A DNA stretch of 32,000 nt from Vibrio cholerae ATCC 14035 (GTDB lineage: Bacteria > Pseudomonadota > Gammaproteobacteria > Enterobacterales > Vibrionaceae), in the NCBI RefSeq assembly GCF_000621645.1, contig NZ_JHXR01000015.1:60001-92000 (forward strand), read 5' to 3'. The position numbers were made by a program, and so were the translations under genes. A model generated the notes under the pieces. That model saw only the letters and a program-made list of their open reading frames with translations. It made no database searches and was not told where the DNA came from. How positions within the stretch are numbered: the first letter of the stretch is position 1; each line of letters begins with the position of its first letter. Positions 9,006-16,345 of this stretch are shown here, piece after piece.

Positions 9006-9989
9006 ATGCGTTTAAGCGTTGTACTGGCTGCACTTTTGCTGCTTACTGGATGCGAACCACGTCTAGCCATCGACGCGGATTTTGATCGCTACTTATCGCG
9101 TATCGCTAATGTTCAGCAGCGCGATGCCTTATCACCACCGGCGATGGCCGCTCAATCGCTTCCCGAAAAACGTGAGTTGTTGATAGCTATAGACCCCGTA
9201 ACCATTAGCTTGCTCGACAGTTACGAACTGCGTCAATGCGGCTTATTTGAGCTGATTGCCGAGCGTAATTCGATTTTAGGTAAAGTGCAGGACGAATTTC
9301 GCGAGTGGGATTACCAGGTCGCTTTATTAAACGGCATTCAAGGCTGCTTAACCTCACCGCAGCTTAGCCAATCCTTGAAAGCACAGTTGCTCGATATACA
9401 AAACATCAAACAGCAGGAGCTGGCTTCACGTTGGCATAATTTGCTTTACACCAGTGATACCATGCGCACTCAACTCAGTGGTTCGCAGTGGTACGATGAA
9501 CACTGGAGCCACAGTGAGCTGCTGTTAGCACTAGAGCAACTCAACACGATTCAACACCAACTCCTTTCAGAGCGACCCATAGCCTCCAAACCATTAGTCA
9601 CTCAGCAAGAAGTGCTAGAGAAACAGCGCTTATTAGGTCACTTTAAATTTTCGTTGGATCGTGCGAGCGTCTGGTTAAAGGTTGTGACGCAGCAGTTAGA
9701 GAACAATGATGATGCGATTGTCTGTGGGCCTCATCGTGATAACACCAAACTCAACTACTTACGCAATGTATTCCAAAGCCAATACGTTGAAAAAATACAA
9801 CCTTATCTCGCTTCACTGGATCGAACCTACTACCAGTTATCAGCACAACTTGGTCTGTTTGAGCAACCTCACTCACCGTTTCCGATTCAAGCCAGCCATC
9901 AAACTTTCCGTCTTGCGACTCAGCAGCATGCCCAATATTGGCAGCGGCTGTTTGCGCGTTGTCGTATCACGGTTGGGCAAGCTCAGTAG
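9006..9989 (+). CDS. Uncharacterised lipoprotein
   Basis: 327 aa with a signal peptide and lipobox (LLLTGCEP). The rest is soluble, helical and Gln/Leu-rich. I recognise no catalytic motif, and I only vaguely recall a DUF3080-type family, unverified. Confidence 0.7.
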   Translation: MRLSVVLAALLLLTGCEPRLAIDADFDRYLSRIANVQQRDALSPPAMAAQSLPEKRELLIAIDPVTISLLDSYELRQCGLFELIAERNSILGKVQDEFREWDYQVALLNGIQGCLTSPQLSQSLKAQLLDIQNIKQQELASRWHNLLYTSDTMRTQLSGSQWYDEHWSHSELLLALEQLNTIQHQLLSERPIASKPLVTQQEVLEKQRLLGHFKFSLDRASVWLKVVTQQLENNDDAIVCGPHRDNTKLNYLRNVFQSQYVEKIQPYLASLDRTYYQLSAQLGLFEQPHSPFPIQASHQTFRLATQQHAQYWQRLFARCRITVGQAQ

Positions 9990-10009
9990 CTTGCCTCAAT
10001 AGTTTTCTC
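9976..10009 (+). terminator. Hairpin spanning the stop codon of the lipoprotein gene, wedged between convergent genes
   Basis: GGCAAGCT (9976-9983) / CAGT / AGCTTGCC (9988-9995), then TCAATAGTTTTCTCT. The TAG stop (9987-9989) lies in the loop/3' arm, and the convergent ligase stop codon starts at 9996. Confidence 0.4.
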
Positions 10010-10844
10010 TGACCCGAACAAAACGGGCAAACCTTGGTTTGCCTTCCGTTGTAAGTCCGTTGTAACGGTAGGTGATAACACTACCAATCTTGGGCGGCTC
10101 GGCGCGCTCGACATCACTAAATCCACTGCCGATATAAAATTCTAGCCCCTCTGCGGTCCGAACCAGCATAGAGCCCATTTTACCTTTGTATTTTCCCATG
10201 CCGAGCCGATAACCAATCACGGTTGCTTCTGCATCCTGATGCCTTTTCAGCTTCAACAAATCATTACTTCGCCCTGCCTGATAGCGAGCGCTGATTTTGC
10301 GCAGCATTACCCCTTCCCCCGATTTCTCACTGATGTTATCAAGGTAGGAAAGCAGTTCCGCCTCAGATTTTATCGGGGTGTGTTCGACATATCGGATATG
10401 CTTGAGATCAAGGCTATTCACCAAATGGATGAGGTTGTAATAGCGCTTACTGTAATCGCCCGCCGCATCAGGCATATCGAACAGCATTAGGCTGATTTTG
10501 CGCCATGCGGAGTCAGCCGGTTGGCTATCTAAAACCGTTTGCTGTACCAGTGAGAAATTGCCGCGCCCTGCCCACAATTCACCTTCGAGTGAATAAGAGG
10601 GTAACGACTCGGTAAACCAAGCGGGGGCAGCAATAGGGTTACCGTTACGAGTGACCAGTTGTTTCCCCGTCCAAATCGCGCGGATACCGTCAAGCTTCTC
10701 ACTTTTCCAGTAATCGAAAATATCAATGCCGTGTTGGTAGTTGTTGGCGTAAGTAATTGGAATAAAAGCCAGCGGCCCATCATTGGCCAGCGTTTGCTGG
10801 GCCAGCATGATCGCGGCAGCGGTGAGCGTCAGTCGTATAAGCAT
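9996..10844 (-). CDS. Minimal ATP-dependent DNA ligase with an N-terminal signal peptide (Lig E type, predicted periplasmic)
   Basis: Adenylation motif I KLDGIR is present, along with EGELW, EGVMLRK and LLKLK. The N-terminus MLIRLTLTAAAIMLAQQTLA/NDG looks like a Sec signal. The track starts at GTG 10850. I prefer ATG 10844, where UAGGGA sits 7 nt upstream, against only 1 nt of spacing for the GTG. Confidence 0.85.
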   Translation of the reverse strand: MLIRLTLTAAAIMLAQQTLANDGPLAFIPITYANNYQHGIDIFDYWKSEKLDGIRAIWTGKQLVTRNGNPIAAPAWFTESLPSYSLEGELWAGRGNFSLVQQTVLDSQPADSAWRKISLMLFDMPDAAGDYSKRYYNLIHLVNSLDLKHIRYVEHTPIKSEAELLSYLDNISEKSGEGVMLRKISARYQAGRSNDLLKLKRHQDAEATVIGYRLGMGKYKGKMGSMLVRTAEGLEFYIGSGFSDVERAEPPKIGSVITYRYNGLTTEGKPRFARFVRVRENY

Positions 10845-10849
10845 GGTCA

Positions 10850-10889
10850 CGTCCCTAATGAGAATGCGTCAGCATTGTCATTAGGGACG
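10850..10889 (-). promoter_or_regulatory. 40-nt near-perfect hairpin/palindrome covering the ligase ribosome-binding site
   Basis: I paired bases by hand: 10850-10867 pair with 10889-10872, giving 17 pairs with a single G/G mismatch (10862/10877) and a 4-nt loop (10868-10871). On the mRNA strand the 3' arm is UCAUUAGGGACG, which contains the only SD-like element before ATG 10844. No U tract follows. Confidence 0.6.
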
Positions 10890-11001
10890 CTGATGTATGG
10901 AAGGGTGAAGCATTCACGATGCGAAACAGTTCATTAAATCTCGTTATTGAGCAAACAGAGAATTACATAGCAAAGCTGACTGCATCACCTGTTTATTGCC
11001 T

Positions 11002-11130
11002 CTATACCCAAACGACTTGGAGTTGCAGGTAGGCTGCAAGTAAGTGAATCCCCATGAGCATAGGCAAACTATGTGATTGGGGTGAACGAACGTAGCCAAC
11101 ACCGCTGCAACTTCAAGTAGGAAAGGTATA
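11002..11130 (+). repeat. ERIC-like imperfect-palindrome intergenic repeat, copy 2 (full length, 129 bp)
   Basis: Termini are CTATACCC...GGTATA. The core is AAGTAAGTGAATCCCCATGAGCATAGGCAAACTATGTGATTGGGGTGAACGAACG. It lies 20 bp downstream of the ttpD stop and about 110 bp upstream of the ligase hairpin. Confidence 0.85.
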
Positions 11131-11150
11131 TCTCGAACTCTAGAACATCG

Positions 11151-12329
11151 CTACGAGTCTTGGGTGGATTGAGTTTGACGCTGCTGCGACAAATATTTGA
11201 TCCACTGTTTGGCGCTTTCTGATGATTGGAGGCTGTCTGCTCGTTTAGCTTGCACCAATGCGGCCTCAAATTGATTGAGCTTATACAAAGCACGCGTTTT
11301 CGCTAAAGCGACTTGCGCTTGTTTATCACGCTCTTTGACCTGATCCAGTTCAGCAAGTGCTTGTTGATAATGGCCCTCTTGCAGCAATAACTGTGCGACA
11401 TGCCAGTGATATTTGGCATCTTTTGTCGCCGCTAAACGCCACGTAGCGATCGCTTTATCCCACTCTTTCGCACGTTGCCAGTAGATGGCTCGCTCAGTAA
11501 TAAGCTGTTGATTGCTCTGTGCCTCATCTAGGCTTTCCATCACTTGTGCAGCACACTCTGGAATGCCATTTTGCGCATAGAGCTGAGCAAGCAAACGCAA
11601 ATCTTGTTGGTTAAGTGCCACTTTTTGCATCTTCGCCAATGCCAGTGTGCTGAGCGCCTCTTTCTTCTGGCCAACTCGCAACTCTAGGCTCACTAACTGA
11701 CGCCACCACTCGGTTTTCTGTGGCTCCAACACCAATAAGCGTTTTAGGGTGAGAATTCCCGGCTTCCACTGTTCCAAATTAAGCTGTGCGCCTAATTGTA
11801 GTGAAAGTGGCAATACCGCATCCTTGGTTTGGAACTGAGCATACTGTTGCATCCCATTCAGTACCGCCTTCCACTCTTGCATTTGGAAGTGCAACTGACT
11901 AATGCGCAGCCAGAGTTCATTCCCTTTTTGATCGGCGGGAATGGCTTGCGCTAGCGTGTAGTAATGTTTGAGTGCTGAACGATACTCTTGTTGGCTTATC
12001 AAAAGATCCGCCAACATTTTGCGTGTTGTCCACGCTTGATCGTCTTGTAACTCGTTGCTCTCTACCGCCAACTTCAAGGATGCTATCGCCGCAGGGATTT
12101 GCTCATTCTGCCAATAAAACACCCCAAGCATACGCGCCACATAAGCGCGATCATAACTACGGCTGAGTTCTGCTTGTTTTAGGATCTGAATCGCTTCTTT
12201 CACCTTATTCTCTTGTGCTAGCTGATTCGCTTTCACCACTTTACTGGCCGTGTACGGTGTCAGCTCCGCGGCGTAAGTCGTCACGGATAGGCAAGACAGC
12301 AAGAGATAACTTAAGATTCGTCGTTTCAT
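11151..12329 (-). CDS. ttpD: TPR-repeat periplasmic protein, last gene of the TonB2 cluster (TtpD-like)
   Basis: 392 aa with a signal peptide (LSVTTYA/AE) and repeated TPR-like helices. Its start overlaps the tonB2 stop by 4 nt. Confidence 0.7.
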   Translation of the reverse strand: MKRRILSYLLLSCLSVTTYAAELTPYTASKVVKANQLAQENKVKEAIQILKQAELSRSYDRAYVARMLGVFYWQNEQIPAAIASLKLAVESNELQDDQAWTTRKMLADLLISQQEYRSALKHYYTLAQAIPADQKGNELWLRISQLHFQMQEWKAVLNGMQQYAQFQTKDAVLPLSLQLGAQLNLEQWKPGILTLKRLLVLEPQKTEWWRQLVSLELRVGQKKEALSTLALAKMQKVALNQQDLRLLAQLYAQNGIPECAAQVMESLDEAQSNQQLITERAIYWQRAKEWDKAIATWRLAATKDAKYHWHVAQLLLQEGHYQQALAELDQVKERDKQAQVALAKTRALYKLNQFEAALVQAKRADSLQSSESAKQWIKYLSQQRQTQSTQDS

Positions 12330-12946
12330 TTGTTCAGTTTAAACTCCAGTCGAACCGTTTGTCCGGGTTGGCTTACGGGTTGACCATCCACTATCTTAGA
12401 CTGGTATTTCCAGTTACGCAGAGCCAGCATCGCCTCACGCTCAAAATAGCGTTTCGGGTTAGCATCCACCACTTCGATATCGCGCGTTTTTCCCAACTCA
12501 TCGATGGTAAAACGCAAGATAACGTAACCTTCCACTCCCCGTTGCAGAGCTTTCGCTGGATAGTTGGGCTCAACCCTGTGTAGCGGCATCACCTGCTGGT
12601 TAACCGCGAAATCACCAAACTGAGGCGCGTTAACGGCGACCCCTTCCATAGCGGTACTGAGGTTTAAGTCCATCACCGGATTGAGGTCTGAAACATCGAG
12701 TGCCGCCGTTTGTTCAGCTTTTGCAGGCGCTTGTGTCGGCACCTGCGGGACTTGTGGCTGCTCTGGTACGCTACGTTGTCTGCGTTGTACATCTTGCTCC
12801 TGCTCAGCCATGACCATGGTAAAGCTGAGCGCAGCAGTCGGTTTAGGAATGCTCTTTCCGCCGTTATCCACCATCCAAGCCATCAAGCTAAACAGCGCCA
12901 GTGTCACTAACAACGCAATCGGGCTGGCTAAGATCAAGCGTCCCAT
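12326..12946 (-). CDS. tonB2: Energy transducer TonB2
   Basis: 206 aa with an N-terminal TM anchor, a Pro/Gln-rich spacer (PEQPQVPQVPTQAP) and a C-terminal TonB domain (EPNYPAKALQRGVEGYVILRFTI). Confidence 0.9.
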   Translation of the reverse strand: MGRLILASPIALLVTLALFSLMAWMVDNGGKSIPKPTAALSFTMVMAEQEQDVQRRQRSVPEQPQVPQVPTQAPAKAEQTAALDVSDLNPVMDLNLSTAMEGVAVNAPQFGDFAVNQQVMPLHRVEPNYPAKALQRGVEGYVILRFTIDELGKTRDIEVVDANPKRYFEREAMLALRNWKYQSKIVDGQPVSQPGQTVRLEFKLNK

Positions 12947-13350
12947 TAGGGTTTCTCCGCCGCTAATGCAATGCTTTTTACTCCAGCGCCTTTCGCCGCA
13001 TCCATCACTTTGACCACGGTGCCGTTAAAGGCATGCTCATCAGCTTGAATCACTAAGGAAGCATCCGGTTGGTCTAACAACAGATGCTCTAAAGTCGCTT
13101 GCACTCGCTCCACGTCTACCTGACGTTTATCAATGTAGATGTCGTTGGCCGCGGTAATCGCCACAAAAATCCCAGCCTGTTTTTGGCTTACGGCATGCGC
13201 CGCTGTCGGGCGATTGACTTCCACACCCGATTCGCGCACAAACGAGCTGGTCACAATGAAGAAAATTAACATGATAAAGACGATGTCGAGCATCGAAGTC
13301 AGATCGATCTGCGCTTCTTCTTGCTTTGACGTTCTGCGCCCTAGCCTCAT
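12946..13350 (-). CDS. exbD2: Biopolymer transport protein ExbD2 (ExbD/TolR family)
   Basis: 134 aa with a single TM (LTSMLDIVFIMLIFFIV) and an ExbD-type periplasmic domain. It overlaps exbB2 by 4 nt and tonB2 by 1 nt. Confidence 0.9.
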   Translation of the reverse strand: MRLGRRTSKQEEAQIDLTSMLDIVFIMLIFFIVTSSFVRESGVEVNRPTAAHAVSQKQAGIFVAITAANDIYIDKRQVDVERVQATLEHLLLDQPDASLVIQADEHAFNGTVVKVMDAAKGAGVKSIALAAEKP

Positions 13351-13889
13351 GATTGGCTCCTTAACGCTTGTTCTAATTTCATTTCAAGTCCACGACAGGT
13401 TTTGCTCAAACGTGCGTGGACGAAGAGTCCCGCTAATGCGGCCACCATGCCCGCCATGGTGGGTAAGGTGGCGAGTGAAATGCCCGAAGCCATCAACTTT
13501 GGATCACTACTGCCTTGTGTGGCCATCACATCAAACACGGAAATCATTCCGGTGACGGTACCAAGTAAGCCAAGCATAGGACAAATGGCTACCAGAACCT
13601 TAATTAAGTTGAGATTCTGATTGAGCGCATTGTGTGCTTCGCCCAGCCATTGTTCACGAATGGAGCGAGCAAACCAGCTGTGTTGATCCGCACGTTGCAA
13701 CCAGAGGTCAACCCAATGTTGGCGCTGTTTAGGAAAGGTAACACTCAAAAACAACAGACGCTCAATCACTAACAGCCAACAGAGCAAAACAACCACCGCT
13801 AACCACCAGAGCACAGCGCCGCCTTGAGCCATAAACTCATCCAGCGGTTGCCAGTAATCCAGTAGGAAAGAGAATGCTGAATTCATCAC
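13347..13889 (-). CDS. exbB2: MotA/TolQ/ExbB proton-channel protein ExbB2
   Basis: 180 aa with 3 TMs and the conserved PMLGLLGTVTGMISVF motif. Confidence 0.9.
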   Translation of the reverse strand: MMNSAFSFLLDYWQPLDEFMAQGGAVLWWLAVVVLLCWLLVIERLLFLSVTFPKQRQHWVDLWLQRADQHSWFARSIREQWLGEAHNALNQNLNLIKVLVAICPMLGLLGTVTGMISVFDVMATQGSSDPKLMASGISLATLPTMAGMVAALAGLFVHARLSKTCRGLEMKLEQALRSQS

Positions 13890-13895
13890 TCGACC

Positions 13896-15269
13896 TTATG
13901 CTGCTTGTTCAACACGAGATTGAGTAACCGCGGCACCACAATCACGTTCTGCTTGCTGTGCCACAAGGCCAATCCCTTGTTTCTCGAGGATGTTGCGGAT
14001 CGCTTCCGCTTGCGCGCTCAAAATATTATGCGCCAGTAGCAGTGGGATCGCCGCAATCAAGCCTTCCACTGTAGTGACTAGGGCCATCGAGATCCCCCCC
14101 GCCATTACTTTCGGGTCACCATTACCAAACTGGGTGATCACTTGGAAGGTTTCAATCATCCCGGTCACGGTGCCGAGTAATCCAAGCATAGGAGCCAGTG
14201 CGGCCAGCAATTTCAGCATCGACAGGCCCGTCTCAAGATGATTTTGCTCATCCACAACGGCTTCCAGTAAACGCAGCTCGAGCGCTTCGACACTGCGTTG
14301 CTGCTCTTTATTGTAAACCGCCAAAATACGTCCGAGAGGGTTATTCCCCGGCTGCTCTGGGTTTTTGAGTTGCGCTTTGATCTTTTGACGCAGAGTGGCC
14401 AATATCGCGCCACGGTACAAAGCAATAATTAATCCCACACCCAGTAACACGAGGATCACGTTACCAATCACACCACCCGCTTGTAGGCGTTGGCTAAATG
14501 TTGGGGTGAGCGCCAGTTGCTCGAGCAACACACCGCGTGATGGGTCGACTTTCATGGTGACAACGTCACCATCAACTAAAGTACGAATATGACTGAAGGT
14601 TGGGAAATCGGATGGTAACTGCTGATAGCTCAATGCTTGCTGACGTGCATTATCCCACTTCACATAGCCTTGCTCGGAAATTAATCCAAGCGAACCTAAA
14701 CGTAAAGCAGGTACGGTCTGCGTTTCACCCTGCCCGTTGAGCCACTGAATTTCGGTGGTTTTGACTTGTCCACTCGCACGGATCTCTTCACTCATGGCTT
14801 GCCATAAACCGCGCAGTTGAGCCATTGACGGTAAGGTTTTGGCGGCCACCACGTCATCAATGCTCTGCTGATGAGCACGAGGCTCAACGCCAGTCACTGA
14901 TTGATCCAGTTCACTTTGCAGCTCTTTCGCGTTTTGGCGTACTACGCCAAACATCTCACCTAAGCTACCGGTTTCCAAACGCAGCGTTTCTTCAAGACGC
15001 GCGAGCGTATTTTCGTTATCACTGAACTGGCTAGATAGCTGATCCGCCTCTTTCTGTAAGCGATTACGCTCAGCCAGTAACTCGGCTTTCGCGGCTTGTA
15101 ATTCTTGCGCCGTTTGTACAAAACCCGCTTCACGCTGCTGGTTGTGTTGTTGCTGTTGCGCTTTTTCCTGCGTCGCTTGTTGGACGAGGCTATTCGAAGC
15201 GTTAGCAACACTTACAAAGGCGAATGGCAGACTTAATGCCAGTGCTAAGGTGGTCTTTCTAAGTGTCAT
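13896..15269 (-). CDS. ttpC: TonB2-system accessory protein TtpC (ExbB-like C-terminus with a long periplasmic coiled-coil N-terminus)
   Basis: 457 aa with a signal peptide, a Gln-rich coiled coil, and a C-terminal MotA/TolQ/ExbB module (PMLGLLGTVTGMIETF). Its position between ttpB and exbB2 is as described for Vibrio TonB2 clusters. Confidence 0.8.
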   Translation of the reverse strand: MTLRKTTLALALSLPFAFVSVANASNSLVQQATQEKAQQQQHNQQREAGFVQTAQELQAAKAELLAERNRLQKEADQLSSQFSDNENTLARLEETLRLETGSLGEMFGVVRQNAKELQSELDQSVTGVEPRAHQQSIDDVVAAKTLPSMAQLRGLWQAMSEEIRASGQVKTTEIQWLNGQGETQTVPALRLGSLGLISEQGYVKWDNARQQALSYQQLPSDFPTFSHIRTLVDGDVVTMKVDPSRGVLLEQLALTPTFSQRLQAGGVIGNVILVLLGVGLIIALYRGAILATLRQKIKAQLKNPEQPGNNPLGRILAVYNKEQQRSVEALELRLLEAVVDEQNHLETGLSMLKLLAALAPMLGLLGTVTGMIETFQVITQFGNGDPKVMAGGISMALVTTVEGLIAAIPLLLAHNILSAQAEAIRNILEKQGIGLVAQQAERDCGAAVTQSRVEQAA

Positions 15270-16027
15270 TATTTAGCCTCCGCAGCGGTTAACGAAACAG
15301 GCAAGTTCAACAGTGTCGGCGCAATCTGTTGCTGAGCCAATTGGTAAGCGGCAGCGAGATCGCTTTTGTTGGCATCCGTGATTGCTTGCCATGCGTTCTG
15401 CTTGGAATTCCAAGTCCAGAACTGCTCGCCATCCAAACTGCGTGCTAATAGCGACAGACGACCTAAATAGAGCACATCCGCTTCCACTTCTTGTGCAGAA
15501 GGGAGAGTGATTTTGGCTTGATAGGTGCCAAGTTTATTGCCGTAGTCGAGTTCAATCTGATATGCCTCGAGAATACGACGGTACTTTTCAGCATCACTGA
15601 CATCTGCCCGAGGCATCAGTTCTTTGAGTTTCTCAATGCGTTCTTGACGTGCCGCAAGACGAATCGGTTTATCTTGTGCAACCCACTCCTCCAGTCCTTC
15701 AATCATGTCATACATCAAAGGAACTATGCCTTGGCGCGTGCGTTTGATCTCTTCGGTTTGCTGTTCAAGACTGGCCATCTCTTGCTGTTGATTGGCAACC
15801 AAAGATTGTAAGTGATTACGGTAGACCTGAAGATTTTTGACTTCTTCATTCAACTGTTCGATTTCCGCACGCAGTAACAAACTCTGCTCGGCACTGCGGT
15901 CAATTTTTTGCTGGCTCTGTGCAGAAGCTTGGTTAGTACTGTTTTGAATCGCTTGCGCTTGATCGAGCGAAGCGGCATGCGCTGGCAAAAGTGCCGAAAC
16001 GCAAAGAAGTGAGAGACATCTTTTCAT
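15269..16027 (-). CDS. ttpB: Periplasmic coiled-coil protein, first gene of the TonB2 cluster (TtpB / DUF3450-like)
   Basis: 252 aa with a signal peptide (LLPAHA/AS) and a coiled-coil-rich sequence. Its stop overlaps the ttpC start by 1 nt (TAATG). Confidence 0.7.
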   Translation of the reverse strand: MKRCLSLLCVSALLPAHAASLDQAQAIQNSTNQASAQSQQKIDRSAEQSLLLRAEIEQLNEEVKNLQVYRNHLQSLVANQQQEMASLEQQTEEIKRTRQGIVPLMYDMIEGLEEWVAQDKPIRLAARQERIEKLKELMPRADVSDAEKYRRILEAYQIELDYGNKLGTYQAKITLPSAQEVEADVLYLGRLSLLARSLDGEQFWTWNSKQNAWQAITDANKSDLAAAYQLAQQQIAPTLLNLPVSLTAAEAK

Positions 16028-16047
16028 GGGTTGTGATTAGCCGTTTA

Positions 16048-16089
16048 AGGAATGATTGGGATTCTATTGAGAAACGCTCTCATTATCAA
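16048..16089 (-). promoter_or_regulatory. Predicted sigma-70 promoter of the TonB2 operon, overlapped by two Fur-box-like sites
   Basis: On the minus strand: TTGATA (16089-16084), a 17-bp spacer, then TAGAAT (16066-16061). GATAATGAGAGCGTTTCTC (16087-16069) matches 13/19 of the Fur consensus GATAATGATAATCATTATC, with the first 8 nt perfect. TAGAATCCCAATCATTCCT (16066-16048) matches 11/19. Confidence 0.6.
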
Positions 16090-16214
16090 CCAAGTTCAAC
16101 CATTGTTTTCCATTCATACCGTTTTAATTCGCGCTTCGTAACCGTCTTAAGTCTATTCTGGCGGCCAAATCGCGCACGCCATCGTCTTATTCGCGGTGAA
16201 ATACTCCCGTGTAT

Positions 16215-16276
16215 CTGTCATACCTTTTCCATAAATCTTTCATATTTTTGCCATTTTTCAGCCACGGCACTGTAAC
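16215..16276 (+). promoter_or_regulatory. Tandem Pho boxes (PhoB sites) upstream of ugpB
   Basis: Six 7-mers with exact 11-bp phasing: CTGTCAT (16215), TTTCCAT (16226), CTTTCAT (16237), TTGCCAT (16248), CAGCCAC (16259), CTGTAAC (16270). Against CTGTCATAWAWCTGTCAY, box 1 scores 13/18 and box 2 scores 14/18. Box 3 is weaker. Confidence 0.7.
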
Positions 16277-16345
16277 TTTTGCTCGCCACTATACCTTCTA
16301 ACGAAACACAAACAGTCTCGTTCGAAACTTACAAGGAATGAATCA

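Noticed and set aside
11069-11293. 74-aa minus ORF overlapping the end of ttpD and the ERIC-like repeat.
   Set aside because: It is out of frame with ttpD and half of it is repeat sequence, so it is spurious.
15991-16275. 94-aa + ORF in the ttpB-ugpB intergenic region. The 62-aa minus ORF at 16258-16446 is a similar case.
   Set aside because: It is made of the Fur-promoter and Pho-box DNA, overlaps the ttpB start, has no SD, and its sequence is not protein-like.
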